From: an uncultured virus (IMG/VR IMGVR_UViG_3300001680_000191)
Lineage: Duplodnaviria; Heunggongvirae; Uroviricota; Caudoviricetes
IMG/VR virus record: IMGVR_UViG_3300001680_000191
Span: 53,631-73,630 of that record
Reading direction: 5' to 3' (one strand)
Length of the DNA stretch: 20,000 bases
In this document: positions 1-7,047 of the stretch, in pieces
How positions within the stretch are numbered: position 1 is the first letter of the stretch
How the letters are laid out: every line of letters starts with the position of its first letter
Program-made: the position numbers and the translations under genes
Notes under the pieces: generated by a model
The model's database searches: none
Seen by the model: only the letters and a program-made list of their open reading frames with translations
Told to the model about the DNA's origin: nothing

Positions 1-15
1 TAGAATAGTTACTAT

Positions 16-264
16 GTGGAATTTAAACGCGGAAATTTGATACGGTGGGTGGTGGATCATAATGCATATGAAGCCTCCGACGACGTTTTAAGGGGTATCA
101 GCCCTAATTATAGACATGGGATTGTCATGGAAGTATCGAATAAAGATCCAACTGCCGTGATGGTTTTTTGTTATGATTGCAAAAAGAAAAGGGAGGGCAA
201 TTGGATGATACTCGATGCGGCACACGATAGACTTGAAATTTTGAGTGGTGAATCCGATGGCTAA
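16..264 (+). CDS. Hypothetical protein, diverged SH3-like micro-protein
   Basis: FKRGNLIRW...HGIVMEV...LEIL loosely follows the family pattern; GTG start uncertain at window edge. Confidence 0.6.
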   Translation: MEFKRGNLIRWVVDHNAYEASDDVLRGISPNYRHGIVMEVSNKDPTAVMVFCYDCKKKREGNWMILDAAHDRLEILSGESDG

Positions 265-559
265 TTTATTTTTCAAGAAAGAAAAGTCCCCCAAACAAGA
301 GGCAATAAACGCACTTCTGTTAATGATCTCCAATTATTATGACGGGCGCTATGAAGTGTTGGCGACATCAGATGATGGAGGGGCTATGTTGGAAGTACAG
401 ATAGAGGTGCCTGATGTTTCTGGACACTTATCTACCCAAGCACCAACATTTCCTTTTTTTGATATTTGGCCTATTTGGATGGGCTGGCGTGTGGTGATAG
501 CTAAAGTACCGCCGGGGTACATCGATGCAATAACCTTGGCAGCAGAGTCAGATTATTAA
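257..559 (+). CDS. Hypothetical protein (100 aa)
   Basis: ATG 257 overlaps upstream stop; TAA falls in promoter box 1. Confidence 0.65.
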   Translation: MANLFFKKEKSPKQEAINALLLMISNYYDGRYEVLATSDDGGAMLEVQIEVPDVSGHLSTQAPTFPFFDIWPIWMGWRVVIAKVPPGYIDAITLAAESDY

Positions 560-609
560 CATCCCTCTGACAACATATGCTTGACTTTTTTCTTGAGTTG
601 GGTTATATT
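556..609 (+). promoter_or_regulatory. Sigma70-type promoter with two upstream boxes
   Basis: TTAAC 556, CTGAC 567; TTGACT 581-N17-TATATT 604. Confidence 0.8.
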
Positions 610-629
610 TATAACATAGAGAGAAGATT

Positions 630-1268
630 ATGTCAATGGAACAAAAAATTACTGAAACTCTTTCAAGGTCGGTCTGCGGTGGATGGGATCGTGGCTTTTT
701 AGAATCTATCCTTGACCAACTTGCCAAGGGTCGCAACCTATCAATCAAACAAAAACAAAGCATAGGCAAAGTATTGGCGCGTAACGGCGATGACGCGCAG
801 GGAGTTCACGACAACTGGCAAACTGAATATATTAAGAAATATAAAAAAGATGGAATCGTGCTGGCCACATATCATTCCCGGCAGCCTTATTATAAGCCAA
901 TGGCCGCAGACATTTTAGCAGACAAAGTGCCGGAGTATAAAAAGTTTCTCCGCATGTATAATAATAAGTATTCCCGCAAGGTTCTTGCAGCCCACACACA
1001 GGCGCCACGTTATGCGGTAAGCACCCATATACAGGGGAGAACCAATCTGAATGCCTACAAAGACATTGAGATAGATAGTGTAGCGTGGACTACTCAATCG
1101 GCCGTCGTGGAAAAGTTCAAAAAGCATGGCGGGTTCATAATGGAGATTCGCCCTGAAATATATTCTCATGCCAAGGGTTCTAAACGATACAAGATTTTAC
1201 CCATAGGCGCTACAATACCTCTTATTATTGAGGAACGACACCTGAAACTACATCGTAAGACCAAATAG
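630..1268 (+). CDS. Hypothetical protein, paralog of 10423..11232
   Basis: Shared motifs FL.SI.DQ, VLA.Y, NK...KVLAA, GSKRY..LP.G...EER. Confidence 0.85.
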   Translation: MSMEQKITETLSRSVCGGWDRGFLESILDQLAKGRNLSIKQKQSIGKVLARNGDDAQGVHDNWQTEYIKKYKKDGIVLATYHSRQPYYKPMAADILADKVPEYKKFLRMYNNKYSRKVLAAHTQAPRYAVSTHIQGRTNLNAYKDIEIDSVAWTTQSAVVEKFKKHGGFIMEIRPEIYSHAKGSKRYKILPIGATIPLIIEERHLKLHRKTK

Positions 1269-1283
1269 GAAGCTATTTATGGT

Positions 1284-1517
1284 GTGTATCCTCCACGCTT
1301 TCAATCCGGTACTTTCGTTCGATGTGTCTATGACTTCATGGATTTTTATACCTATATTTATGACGATGTTGACGCGACAGATTACACTCACTACGGTCTT
1401 GTGATCCGCGCCGACCCCGAGTTTTTAGATTTTATGGATGAATATGTTTATGAGGTTTTGTGTGTGGACGGGATTAAGAGGCATTTTATGGAGTCAGAAA
1501 TCGTAGAAGTTATGTAA
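1284..1517 (+). CDS. Hypothetical protein, diverged SH3-like
   Basis: FQSGTFVR...YGLVI...YEVLCVDG...EIVEV; GTG start. Confidence 0.65.
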   Translation: MYPPRFQSGTFVRCVYDFMDFYTYIYDDVDATDYTHYGLVIRADPEFLDFMDEYVYEVLCVDGIKRHFMESEIVEVM

Positions 1518-1525
1518 GTTTGCAC

Positions 1526-1554
1526 TTGACAGGGCGTGCGTAATGCGATATACT
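1526..1554 (+). promoter_or_regulatory. Sigma70-type promoter for tRNA-Leu
   Basis: TTGACA-N17-TATACT just upstream of the tRNA; no upstream box pair. Confidence 0.8.
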
Positions 1555-1566
1555 TTATATAGGAAG

Positions 1567-1652
1567 GGCTGATTGGTGGAACGGTATACACAGGAGACTT
1601 AAAATCTCCCGCCCGTTCGGGCTTGCGGGTTCGAGTCCCGCATCAGCTACCA
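1567..1652 (+). tRNA. tRNA-Leu(TAA)
   Basis: Acceptor GGCTGAT/ATCAGCT, anticodon arm GGAGA-CTTAAAA-TCTCC, long variable arm, GGTTCGA T-loop, encoded CCA. Confidence 0.95.
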
Positions 1653-1665
1653 TTTAGGAGGTAAA

Positions 1666-1857
1666 ATGAAAAGCATTTTCAAATATGGGATAATCGTTAT
1701 TTTAATCTATTTTGGGGTCAACTGGGTTGCAGATAATCCGAAGTCAATGCACCAGTTTCGCAAGATAATGAATGGCTGGGTAGCTACCGGCGCAGAAAAG
1801 GCTTCGGAAGTGTTTGACGGGATAAAAACGAGTGCCTCACAATCTCTTGACAAATAA
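1666..1857 (+). CDS. Small protein with N-terminal hydrophobic segment
   Basis: AGGAGG SD; YGIIVILIYFGV stretch. Confidence 0.75.
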   Translation: MKSIFKYGIIVILIYFGVNWVADNPKSMHQFRKIMNGWVATGAEKASEVFDGIKTSASQSLDK

Positions 1858-1890
1858 AATCTTGCTTTTTTCATAGCAGGGTGCTATATT
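1836..1890 (+). promoter_or_regulatory. Sigma70-type promoter with two upstream boxes
   Basis: CTCAC 1836, TTGAC 1847; TTGCTT 1862-N17-TATATT 1885. Confidence 0.75.
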
Positions 1891-1912
1891 ATATACATCC
1901 AAGGAGAGCAAA

Positions 1913-2071
1913 ATGGATTTTAGTATTGGTGATATTGTGAAACATATTGAAGCTGGCAAGATTGGCACGGTAAGGCTGATCGACGGTGTGGCTGTCTGGG
2001 TATACTGGGGGTGCGGGTCGCTCGATCACACCAACTATATGCAGCTTGAAATACTTGACACGGCTGTATGA
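1913..2071 (+). CDS. SH3-like micro-protein (52 aa)
   Basis: Hand translation MDFSIGDIVKH...GTV...VWVYWGCG...LEILDTAV; AAGGAG SD; ATGA overlap with next gene. Confidence 0.8.
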   Translation: MDFSIGDIVKHIEAGKIGTVRLIDGVAVWVYWGCGSLDHTNYMQLEILDTAV

Positions 2072-2289
2072 TAAGAGTAGGCGATCTGGTAAAATACATT
2101 CCGAGTCCCTCTGCCACATTTAAGTGGGAGAGGTACACGGATGCGTATAAAGCCCTTCCTGGCGTGATTCTACGCGAAGTGAAAGCCAAGGGCACCACTA
2201 CGCGCCGATTTGAGATACGCTGGCACGACGGCCAGCTATCAGAAGAATGGATAAGTTTTCTGGAACCCTTTGACAACTCTTTGACTTGA
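2068..2289 (+). CDS. SH3-like micro-protein (73 aa)
   Basis: MIRVGDLVKY...GVIL...IRWHDG...FLEPF. Confidence 0.85.
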   Translation: MIRVGDLVKYIPSPSATFKWERYTDAYKALPGVILREVKAKGTTTRRFEIRWHDGQLSEEWISFLEPFDNSLT

Positions 2290-2314
2290 CTTGGGGCGGT
2301 TTCGGTGTTATATT
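2270..2314 (+). promoter_or_regulatory. Sigma70-type promoter, short (11+5) box variant
   Basis: TTGAC 2270, 2281; TTGACT 2286-N17-TATATT 2309. Confidence 0.8.
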
Positions 2315-2336
2315 ATAAGAGTAAGGAGAGGAAGAA

Positions 2337-2531
2337 ATGAGCCCTGAAGAAATGAAAGCGCGCCCCGTGCGATTTATCGTCGCTGGTGATATGGTACACG
2401 AAAATATAGGAACCTTTGGCGAATGGATCGGGCTCGTCATTGATGTTGATCAGCGTACAGGGACAGCCAAGATTCTCAGGCGAGGGAAAATCATCGAAAG
2501 AAGTGATCACGGTCGCTGGAATGTTGTTTAG
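2337..2531 (+). CDS. SH3-like micro-protein (64 aa)
   Basis: VAGDMV...GLVIDV; AAGGAGAGG SD. Confidence 0.75.
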   Translation: MSPEEMKARPVRFIVAGDMVHENIGTFGEWIGLVIDVDQRTGTAKILRRGKIIERSDHGRWNVV

Positions 2532-2535
2532 ACTC

Positions 2536-2590
2536 TTGACAATCACTTGACAGGATTGCCCTTGCTACCTGTGTCCCACTATGTTATATT
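2536..2590 (+). promoter_or_regulatory. Sigma70-type promoter with two upstream boxes
   Basis: TTGAC 2536, 2547; TTGCTA 2562-N17-TATATT 2585; leader ATAGGTATAGAAAGGA. Confidence 0.8.
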
Positions 2591-2612
2591 ATAGGTATAG
2601 AAAGGAGAAAAC

Positions 2613-2786
2613 ATGATCGAAGTTGGAAGTATTGTAGAGAGCATCGGCTTTGTGCAAGGGCACAACAAGTCAAACCACGGGCTTGTCATTAGCCTGATGG
2701 CAGACGGCAAGATCGCTCGCGTGTTCTGGATGGCTACGCAGCAGAGCGGCTTTTGCTCAGTTAAAGATTTGAAGGTGATAACATGA
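2613..2786 (+). CDS. SH3-like micro-protein (57 aa)
   Basis: Hand translation MIEVGSIVES...HGLVISL...RVFW...DLKVIT; AAAGGAG SD. Confidence 0.8.
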   Translation: MIEVGSIVESIGFVQGHNKSNHGLVISLMADGKIARVFWMATQQSGFCSVKDLKVIT

Positions 2787-3130
2787 AAGTTTGGGTTATG
2801 CAAGGAAGCTATGAAGGCGAGTTGTTTAGCAGCGTACACCTGACTCAGAAAGGTTGCGCCATGGCGTGTATTGCTGATATAATGGAGTTCTTGGATATTG
2901 ACGACGAAGCATCGATGCTCGATGCGATACAAGACAGACAGGTATACGAGGCTCCCGTTGGAGAAAAAGACGATATTGCGAAGCCTATTGAGTGGGACCA
3001 AGAGAAACTGAAAGAAATGACGAGCGAGCAGCTTTGGAAGATTTTTGCTGAGTGGTCCGAGATCAGTTGGGATCGAATGGCAGATCGTAGCTATAATCTC
3101 GACGCAAATCCTGTGGAGATTCAAGCATGA
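2783..3130 (+). CDS. Acidic hypothetical protein, paralog of 3127..3432
   Basis: ATGA overlaps at both ends; shared [VI]WV...S.H.T.KG and S.QL..I...W motifs. Confidence 0.85.
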   Translation: MKVWVMQGSYEGELFSSVHLTQKGCAMACIADIMEFLDIDDEASMLDAIQDRQVYEAPVGEKDDIAKPIEWDQEKLKEMTSEQLWKIFAEWSEISWDRMADRSYNLDANPVEIQA

Positions 3131-3432
3131 TGAACATTTGGGTAGTACGACAGACATGCACAATGGAACACGACACCTATCTCTCCACGCATATAACGGA
3201 GAAAGGCGCGCTGATCACCGCCATTAAAATAGTGCGTGAGGATCTGACAGACGGATTCGATGAGGATGAGCTTGAAGATATGCGATCAGGCATGCCCCAC
3301 CATCCCGAAGAAGATTTGATGCAGTACGACAGCAAACAACTACGGGGCATTGTTAACGACTGGTGGGAGTATGGCTTTGATATGAATGAACACGTACAAT
3401 ACCAGATACATCAAACACAGGTGGTAGGATGA
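3127..3432 (+). CDS. Acidic hypothetical protein, paralog of 2783..3130
   Basis: GGAG SD, ATGA overlaps, shared motifs. Confidence 0.85.
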   Translation: MMNIWVVRQTCTMEHDTYLSTHITEKGALITAIKIVREDLTDGFDEDELEDMRSGMPHHPEEDLMQYDSKQLRGIVNDWWEYGFDMNEHVQYQIHQTQVVG

Positions 3433-3665
3433 CAGCACTTAAAGTTTTTATTTTGGTGGGAACGATAGATTCTCACGATGGTCAGTTTGCGACAGTCGAA
3501 CTTAATCTAAATCCAGCAACGAATGGTGGCCCCGCGATGGCGGTGCTGCCCGTGTCTGCGTTTCCATGCGAGATCAAGGAAGGGAAAGTGTTTTATGTAG
3601 TTAAACTTTCCGAGCTGGAAGATGCTGTTATCATTTGCCAAAAGGAGCCTGATGAAAATAGGTGA
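3429..3665 (+). CDS. Hypothetical protein, possibly DUF3006-like
   Basis: TIDSHDGQFATVEL...LPVSAFP..IKEGKVF resembles the DUF3006 pattern as recalled, not searched. Confidence 0.65.
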   Translation: MTALKVFILVGTIDSHDGQFATVELNLNPATNGGPAMAVLPVSAFPCEIKEGKVFYVVKLSELEDAVIICQKEPDENR

Positions 3666-3846
3666 TTTGGTAAGGTTTGAAAGTGTCTTGAACGATGATA
3701 TGGATCGTTATCAAGAAGCACATGGCTTGGTGGTGAAGATGTCTAAGACTGGACACGATACAGAGTCAGCACAGGTGTTGTTTAGCAACGGAGAAACTGG
3801 ATGGCTTGATACTCAAAGATTGGTGGTGATAAATGAAAGTAGGTGA
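3652..3846 (+). CDS. MKVGDLV-family micro-protein (64 aa)
   Basis: AAGGAG SD then ATG 3652 MKIGDLVRF...LVVINESR. Confidence 0.88.
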   Translation: MKIGDLVRFESVLNDDMDRYQEAHGLVVKMSKTGHDTESAQVLFSNGETGWLDTQRLVVINESR

Positions 3847-4054
3847 CTTAGTTAAACTTCCGTCCTCGCGTGGAGCATCGTTCCGCGCTGGGCTTATTGT
3901 TGATTTTGTTGAAAAGAAATGCTGGCGCACAGAAGAACTTGGCATCAAGGTAGACTGGCGCAAGATCGATCCAGAGCCTCACGCGGTTGTGTTGATTAAC
4001 GGTAACCGCCGGACCATTCCGTTGACAGACTTGGAACCTATTGATGAAAGCTAG
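3833..4054 (+). CDS. MKVGDLV-family micro-protein (73 aa)
   Basis: MKVGDLVKLP...GLIV...LEPIDES; 14-nt overlap with upstream gene. Confidence 0.88.
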   Translation: MKVGDLVKLPSSRGASFRAGLIVDFVEKKCWRTEELGIKVDWRKIDPEPHAVVLINGNRRTIPLTDLEPIDES

Positions 4055-4250
4055 CGGCGCCCCCAGCATCGGTGATCTTGTTGTCGCACTCTACGATGTG
4101 GAGCGCGGCATTTCTTGCGCTGGATTGGTGATGGAGACTAAGGGAATCGAATGTAATGTTCGGTGGTTATCCGCAAGTTATCCTATCGGATGGTGGCAGC
4201 GTTCAGCCCTAAAAGTTATCAGCCCAAGCGGGAAGACCAAAAAAGTTTAA
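4044..4250 (+). CDS. MKVGDLV-family micro-protein (68 aa)
   Basis: MKASGAPSIGDLV...GLVME...VRW...LKVIS. Confidence 0.8.
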   Translation: MKASGAPSIGDLVVALYDVERGISCAGLVMETKGIECNVRWLSASYPIGWWQRSALKVISPSGKTKKV

Positions 4251-4255
4251 CGCAC

Positions 4256-4310
4256 TTAACAATCACTTGACAACTTAGAGGTTGACTAACACCCGTTTGG
4301 GTGCTATATT
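4256..4310 (+). promoter_or_regulatory. Sigma70-type promoter with two upstream boxes
   Basis: TTAAC 4256, TTGAC 4267; TTGACT 4282-N17-TATATT 4305; conserved leader. Confidence 0.85.
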
Positions 4311-4334
4311 ATAGGTATAGAAAGGAAGAAATAT

Positions 4335-4544
4335 ATGAAAGTCGGTGACCTTGTGATGTTTGAAAGTGACGTTCCCAAATCCCAGCGGTTCTGGACTGGC
4401 GAATATGTCAGAACAGGCATTGTTGTTGCTGAGTTATCCGGCGATCATATCGAAGCACCCGCTGTTTCAGTATTGTGGGCATCAGGCGAACTTACTGAAA
4501 GATGTCCTCCCCGGATACTGGAGGTGATCAGTGAAAGTCGGTGA
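4335..4544 (+). CDS. MKVGDLV-family micro-protein (69 aa)
   Basis: MKVGDLVMF...GIVV...VLWASG...LEVISESR. Confidence 0.9.
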   Translation: MKVGDLVMFESDVPKSQRFWTGEYVRTGIVVAELSGDHIEAPAVSVLWASGELTERCPPRILEVISESR

Positions 4545-4701
4545 TTTGGTAAGAGACGTTGAAGGCAAATACATCGGCATAGTTTCGCACATTGATCCTG
4601 AAGAAATCGGTGATGATGATGCGGTTATGGTTGTGTGGCTCGATGGTGATGCTTCTTGGCATACAGCAGAGTTTTTGGAGAGATTAAATGAAAATAGGTG
4701 A
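4531..4701 (+). CDS. MKVGDLV-family micro-protein (56 aa)
   Basis: Hand translation MKVGDLVRDVEGKYIGIVSHIDPEEIGDDDAVMVVWLDGD...LNENR; GGAGGTGATC SD, GTG start. Confidence 0.88.
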   Translation: MKVGDLVRDVEGKYIGIVSHIDPEEIGDDDAVMVVWLDGDASWHTAEFLERLNENR

Positions 4702-4864
4702 TTTGGTAGAATCCCCCCATCATATGATTCGGGGCATTGTCACGGAAGTAGGCGATGGTGACGATAACTATAATAACGGCCCAGCCGTGCGCGTCAAATG
4801 GCTTGACGGCGACGATTCGATAGAGTGGGCAGAGTATTTGAGGGTGATCAGTGAAGGTCGGTGA
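4688..4864 (+). CDS. MKVGDLV-family micro-protein (58 aa)
   Basis: Hand translation MKIGDLVESP...GIVTEV...VKWLDGD...LRVISEGR. Confidence 0.88.
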   Translation: MKIGDLVESPHHMIRGIVTEVGDGDDNYNNGPAVRVKWLDGDDSIEWAEYLRVISEGR

Positions 4865-5021
4865 TCTGGTGAGAAGCCTTAAATCTGAGGGTGGCATGTT
4901 GGGTATTATAGTTGGATGGCATCGCCACAACCGTGAGGCGCGCCCAATAGTCCGATGGAATGACGGCAGAATCAGTTGGGTGATGCCACATTTAGTCAAG
5001 GTAATGTGTCCAGTATTATGA
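4851..5021 (+). CDS. MKVGDLV-family micro-protein (56 aa), close paralog of 6570..6749
   Basis: Hand translation MKVGDLVRSLKSEGGMLGIIVGW...PIVRWNDGRISWVMPHLVKV. Confidence 0.88.
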   Translation: MKVGDLVRSLKSEGGMLGIIVGWHRHNREARPIVRWNDGRISWVMPHLVKVMCPVL

Positions 5022-5215
5022 AAGTAGGCGATCTGGTAAAGGTGGGACCACCATCGCGCCCTTTTATCACCCATCCATTTTTCGTGAGCATCGTGTTGGA
5101 AGTCAACAAGAGCGAAAACCATCCGAATGGTTTGGGGTTAGTTAAAGTGTTGGAAGCCGGCCAAGAAGCGTGGTATCCCATTGGATGCATCGAGTTGATA
5201 AATGAAAGTCGGTGA
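5018..5215 (+). CDS. MKVGDLV-family micro-protein (65 aa)
   Basis: ATG 5018 MKVGDLVKVG...IELINESR. Confidence 0.88.
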   Translation: MKVGDLVKVGPPSRPFITHPFFVSIVLEVNKSENHPNGLGLVKVLEAGQEAWYPIGCIELINESR

Positions 5216-5387
5216 TCTGGTTAAACTAAAGTGGCGAGGAAATGGTCACCCCAAGATTGGTGTGATTGTTGGTAGTTTTCAAGGTGACCTGGACTGTGAA
5301 GAATATAAAGTTTTATGGGATTGCCCGGAGTGGTCGATGGGCATGTGGAAAGAGCGTGAGTTGGTGGTGATCAGTGAAAATAGGTGA
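5202..5387 (+). CDS. MKVGDLV-family micro-protein (61 aa), paralog of 9851..10036
   Basis: MKVGDLVKLKWRGNGHPKIG...VLWD...LVVISENR. Confidence 0.88.
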   Translation: MKVGDLVKLKWRGNGHPKIGVIVGSFQGDLDCEEYKVLWDCPEWSMGMWKERELVVISENR

Positions 5388-5562
5388 TCTGGTCGAGATT
5401 GAAAAGTGGTGCAAGAACAAGTTTAGGAAAGCTATTGTTGTTCGGGTCGAAGAATGGGATCGCGAAGGCGCATGGATTAAGTATCTCGATGGCGGCCATG
5501 GCACAAGTGACAGCGGCTATGCCATGAAACGAAACTTGAAGGTGATCAGTGAAAGTAGGTGA
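5374..5562 (+). CDS. MKVGDLV-family micro-protein (62 aa)
   Basis: MKIGDLVEI...IKYLDG...LKVISESR. Confidence 0.88.
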   Translation: MKIGDLVEIEKWCKNKFRKAIVVRVEEWDREGAWIKYLDGGHGTSDSGYAMKRNLKVISESR

Positions 5563-5728
5563 TTTGATTAAACATAGGCATGCCGAGTGGCACACAGGCA
5601 TAGTCACAAAGGTTAGCCGTGACGGACCACCGGGCTTGGTGTATGTAGAGGCTTTGTGGAGTGGCGACTGGCTTAATGAACGGAGCATAGAACAACAATA
5701 TCTTGAGGTGATCAGTGAAGGTCGGTGA
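5549..5728 (+). CDS. MKVGDLV-family micro-protein (59 aa)
   Basis: Hand translation MKVGDLIKHRHAEWHTGIVTKV...ALWSGD...YLEVISEGR. Confidence 0.88.
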   Translation: MKVGDLIKHRHAEWHTGIVTKVSRDGPPGLVYVEALWSGDWLNERSIEQQYLEVISEGR

Positions 5729-5876
5729 TCTGGTTCGCGTAAATGCTCCCGTGGTGTATATCGGTATGGTTATGGTTACTAATGTGAAAGGTGGCGCTCT
5801 TGTGCGCTCGCTTGATGGCAACTATGAGTATTGGATATATGACTGGAGCGGGGAGGTTATCAGTGAAAGTCGGTGA
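5715..5876 (+). CDS. MKVGDLV-family micro-protein (53 aa)
   Basis: Hand translation MKVGDLVRVNAPVVYIGMV...RSLDG...EVISESR. Confidence 0.85.
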   Translation: MKVGDLVRVNAPVVYIGMVMVTNVKGGALVRSLDGNYEYWIYDWSGEVISESR

Positions 5877-6069
5877 TCTCATATCGTTCAAGCCAAAATC
5901 GTTCGGTGATGATGACTGGTCTAACCCCGGCATTGTACTCGACAGCTATGAGCATGATGATCGGCAAACTGGAGGCTGGAAAGACTTGATATGGATTGTA
6001 TGGATCGATGGTTATAAATGTATGGTCAACCAAAGAAACGATGATGTGGTTTACTTGACAGGTTCTTGA
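5863..6069 (+). CDS. MKVGDLV-family micro-protein (68 aa)
   Basis: GGAGG SD, GTG 5863 MKVGDLISF...PGIVL...IVWIDG. Confidence 0.88.
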   Translation: MKVGDLISFKPKSFGDDDWSNPGIVLDSYEHDDRQTGGWKDLIWIVWIDGYKCMVNQRNDDVVYLTGS

Positions 6070-6099
6070 CTTGACATTGGGGCAAATGGGTGTTATATT
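6055..6099 (+). promoter_or_regulatory. Sigma70-type promoter, short (11+5) box variant
   Basis: TTGAC 6055, 6066; TTGACA 6071-N17-TATATT 6094. Confidence 0.85.
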
Positions 6100-6105
6100 A
6101 TAGGT

Positions 6106-6243
6106 ATGAAGAAGAAAAAGACCAACACCCCGAAGCGCCGCAACTGGATCGCAGTCGCCGCACATTTTCGGCTCGCCGGAGCGATGAAGGATCGCAAGAA
6201 GGCAGCGAACAAAAAGGCATGCCGAGGAAAGGTGCGAGTATGA
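6106..6243 (+). CDS. Very basic 45-aa peptide, probably leaderless
   Basis: Hand translation MKKKKTNTPKRRNWIAVAAHFRLAGAMKDRKKAANKKACRGKVRV; ATG 7 nt after -10; ATGA overlap with next gene. Confidence 0.75.
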   Translation: MKKKKTNTPKRRNWIAVAAHFRLAGAMKDRKKAANKKACRGKVRV

Positions 6244-6410
6244 AAATCGGTGATCTGGTGCGTATGCAAGCGAATGGAACGATATGGTTAGTTATGTGTG
6301 TTGTCGGTGACGATGCACTGTTACATAATATGAAGACCAACTATCGAATGTGGGCGACTTGGAACCTCACACACGATAGACTCAACTATGAAGTGATGAG
6401 CGCAGCATGA
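6240..6410 (+). CDS. MKVGDLV-family micro-protein (56 aa)
   Basis: ATG 6240 MKIGDLVRM...YEVMSAA. Confidence 0.85.
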   Translation: MKIGDLVRMQANGTIWLVMCVVGDDALLHNMKTNYRMWATWNLTHDRLNYEVMSAA

Positions 6411-6583
6411 AAGTCGGTGATTTGGTAAAGAGTCGTTACGCAAGGTTTGAACTCGCTGGAGTGATGGGGGTTATCGTCAAAAATACACCCGAGTATTCCA
6501 CAACCCAATATCAGGTTTTGGTGGGTGGTCGCATACGATCCTTTGCGGCGAGGCATTTGGAGGTTATCAATGAAAGTCGGTGA
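6407..6583 (+). CDS. MKVGDLV-family micro-protein (58 aa)
   Basis: Hand translation MKVGDLVKSRY...GVIV...YQVLVGG...HLEVINESR. Confidence 0.88.
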   Translation: MKVGDLVKSRYARFELAGVMGVIVKNTPEYSTTQYQVLVGGRIRSFAARHLEVINESR

Positions 6584-6749
6584 TTTGGTGAGAAGCCTTC
6601 AGAGTTATAACTCTGAAGGCGGCATGTTAGGTATTATAGTCGGCTGGAACCGCAGCCCTGCAAATCTCCCTCATATCTGCCCAATAGTACGATGGAATGA
6701 CGGTAGAACCAGTTGGGTTATGCAACATTTAGTTAAGGTGGTGGTATGA
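6570..6749 (+). CDS. MKVGDLV-family micro-protein (59 aa), close paralog of 4851..5021
   Basis: GGAGG SD, ATG 6570 MKVGDLVRSLQSYNSEGGMLGIIVGW. Confidence 0.88.
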   Translation: MKVGDLVRSLQSYNSEGGMLGIIVGWNRSPANLPHICPIVRWNDGRTSWVMQHLVKVVV

Positions 6750-7030
6750 AAGTCGGTGATTTGGTAACATTGTCAACATATTCGTTATGTTCAGAACCGA
6801 TGTGGACATGGAAGAACAAGATTTGGGATGGTAAAAAGTCCCTTGTGGGGCTGGTTGTGTGTGTGAAAAATAACCCACGTATCAGGCCATGGACATCTAA
6901 GAATGAAAGCACATTTTATTATATTAACTGGATGCAGAAAGATGGTCCTGCGAGCCGATTCGGAACAACAATCTATCACGGCAGCGCGTCTGGATATTTC
7001 CTGCGTAAAGATTTGAAGTTTGTGAAGTGA
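6746..7030 (+). CDS. MKVGDLV-family protein with long loops (94 aa)
   Basis: MKVGDLVTL...GLVV...YINW...DLKFV. Confidence 0.88.
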   Translation: MKVGDLVTLSTYSLCSEPMWTWKNKIWDGKKSLVGLVVCVKNNPRIRPWTSKNESTFYYINWMQKDGPASRFGTTIYHGSASGYFLRKDLKFVK

Positions 7031-7047
7031 ACAAAAAGGAGATAAAG

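Larger units (their letters stand above)
4335..6069 (+). repeat. Array of 10 overlapping micro-genes joined by ~30-bp junction repeats
   Basis: RTGAARRTMGGYGA starts at 4335, 4531, 4688, 4851, 5018, 5202, 5374, 5549, 5715, 5863; period ~150-200 bp with variable cores. Confidence 0.9.

Noticed and set aside
4335..4544. Naming the micro-proteins as NusG, ribosomal L24 or another specific KOW gene
   Set aside because: Only the generic GDxV...G.V motif matches, which does not justify a gene symbol without a profile search.
4335..6069. CRISPR array (regular ~30-bp repeats with variable intervening DNA)
   Set aside because: The repeats are degenerate and protein-coding, the intervening segments are over 100 bp and are intact ORFs, and no cas genes are in the window.
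3652..7030. Integron cassette array with attC sites
   Set aside because: The genes overlap, leaving no room for attC hairpins, and there is no integrase in the window.
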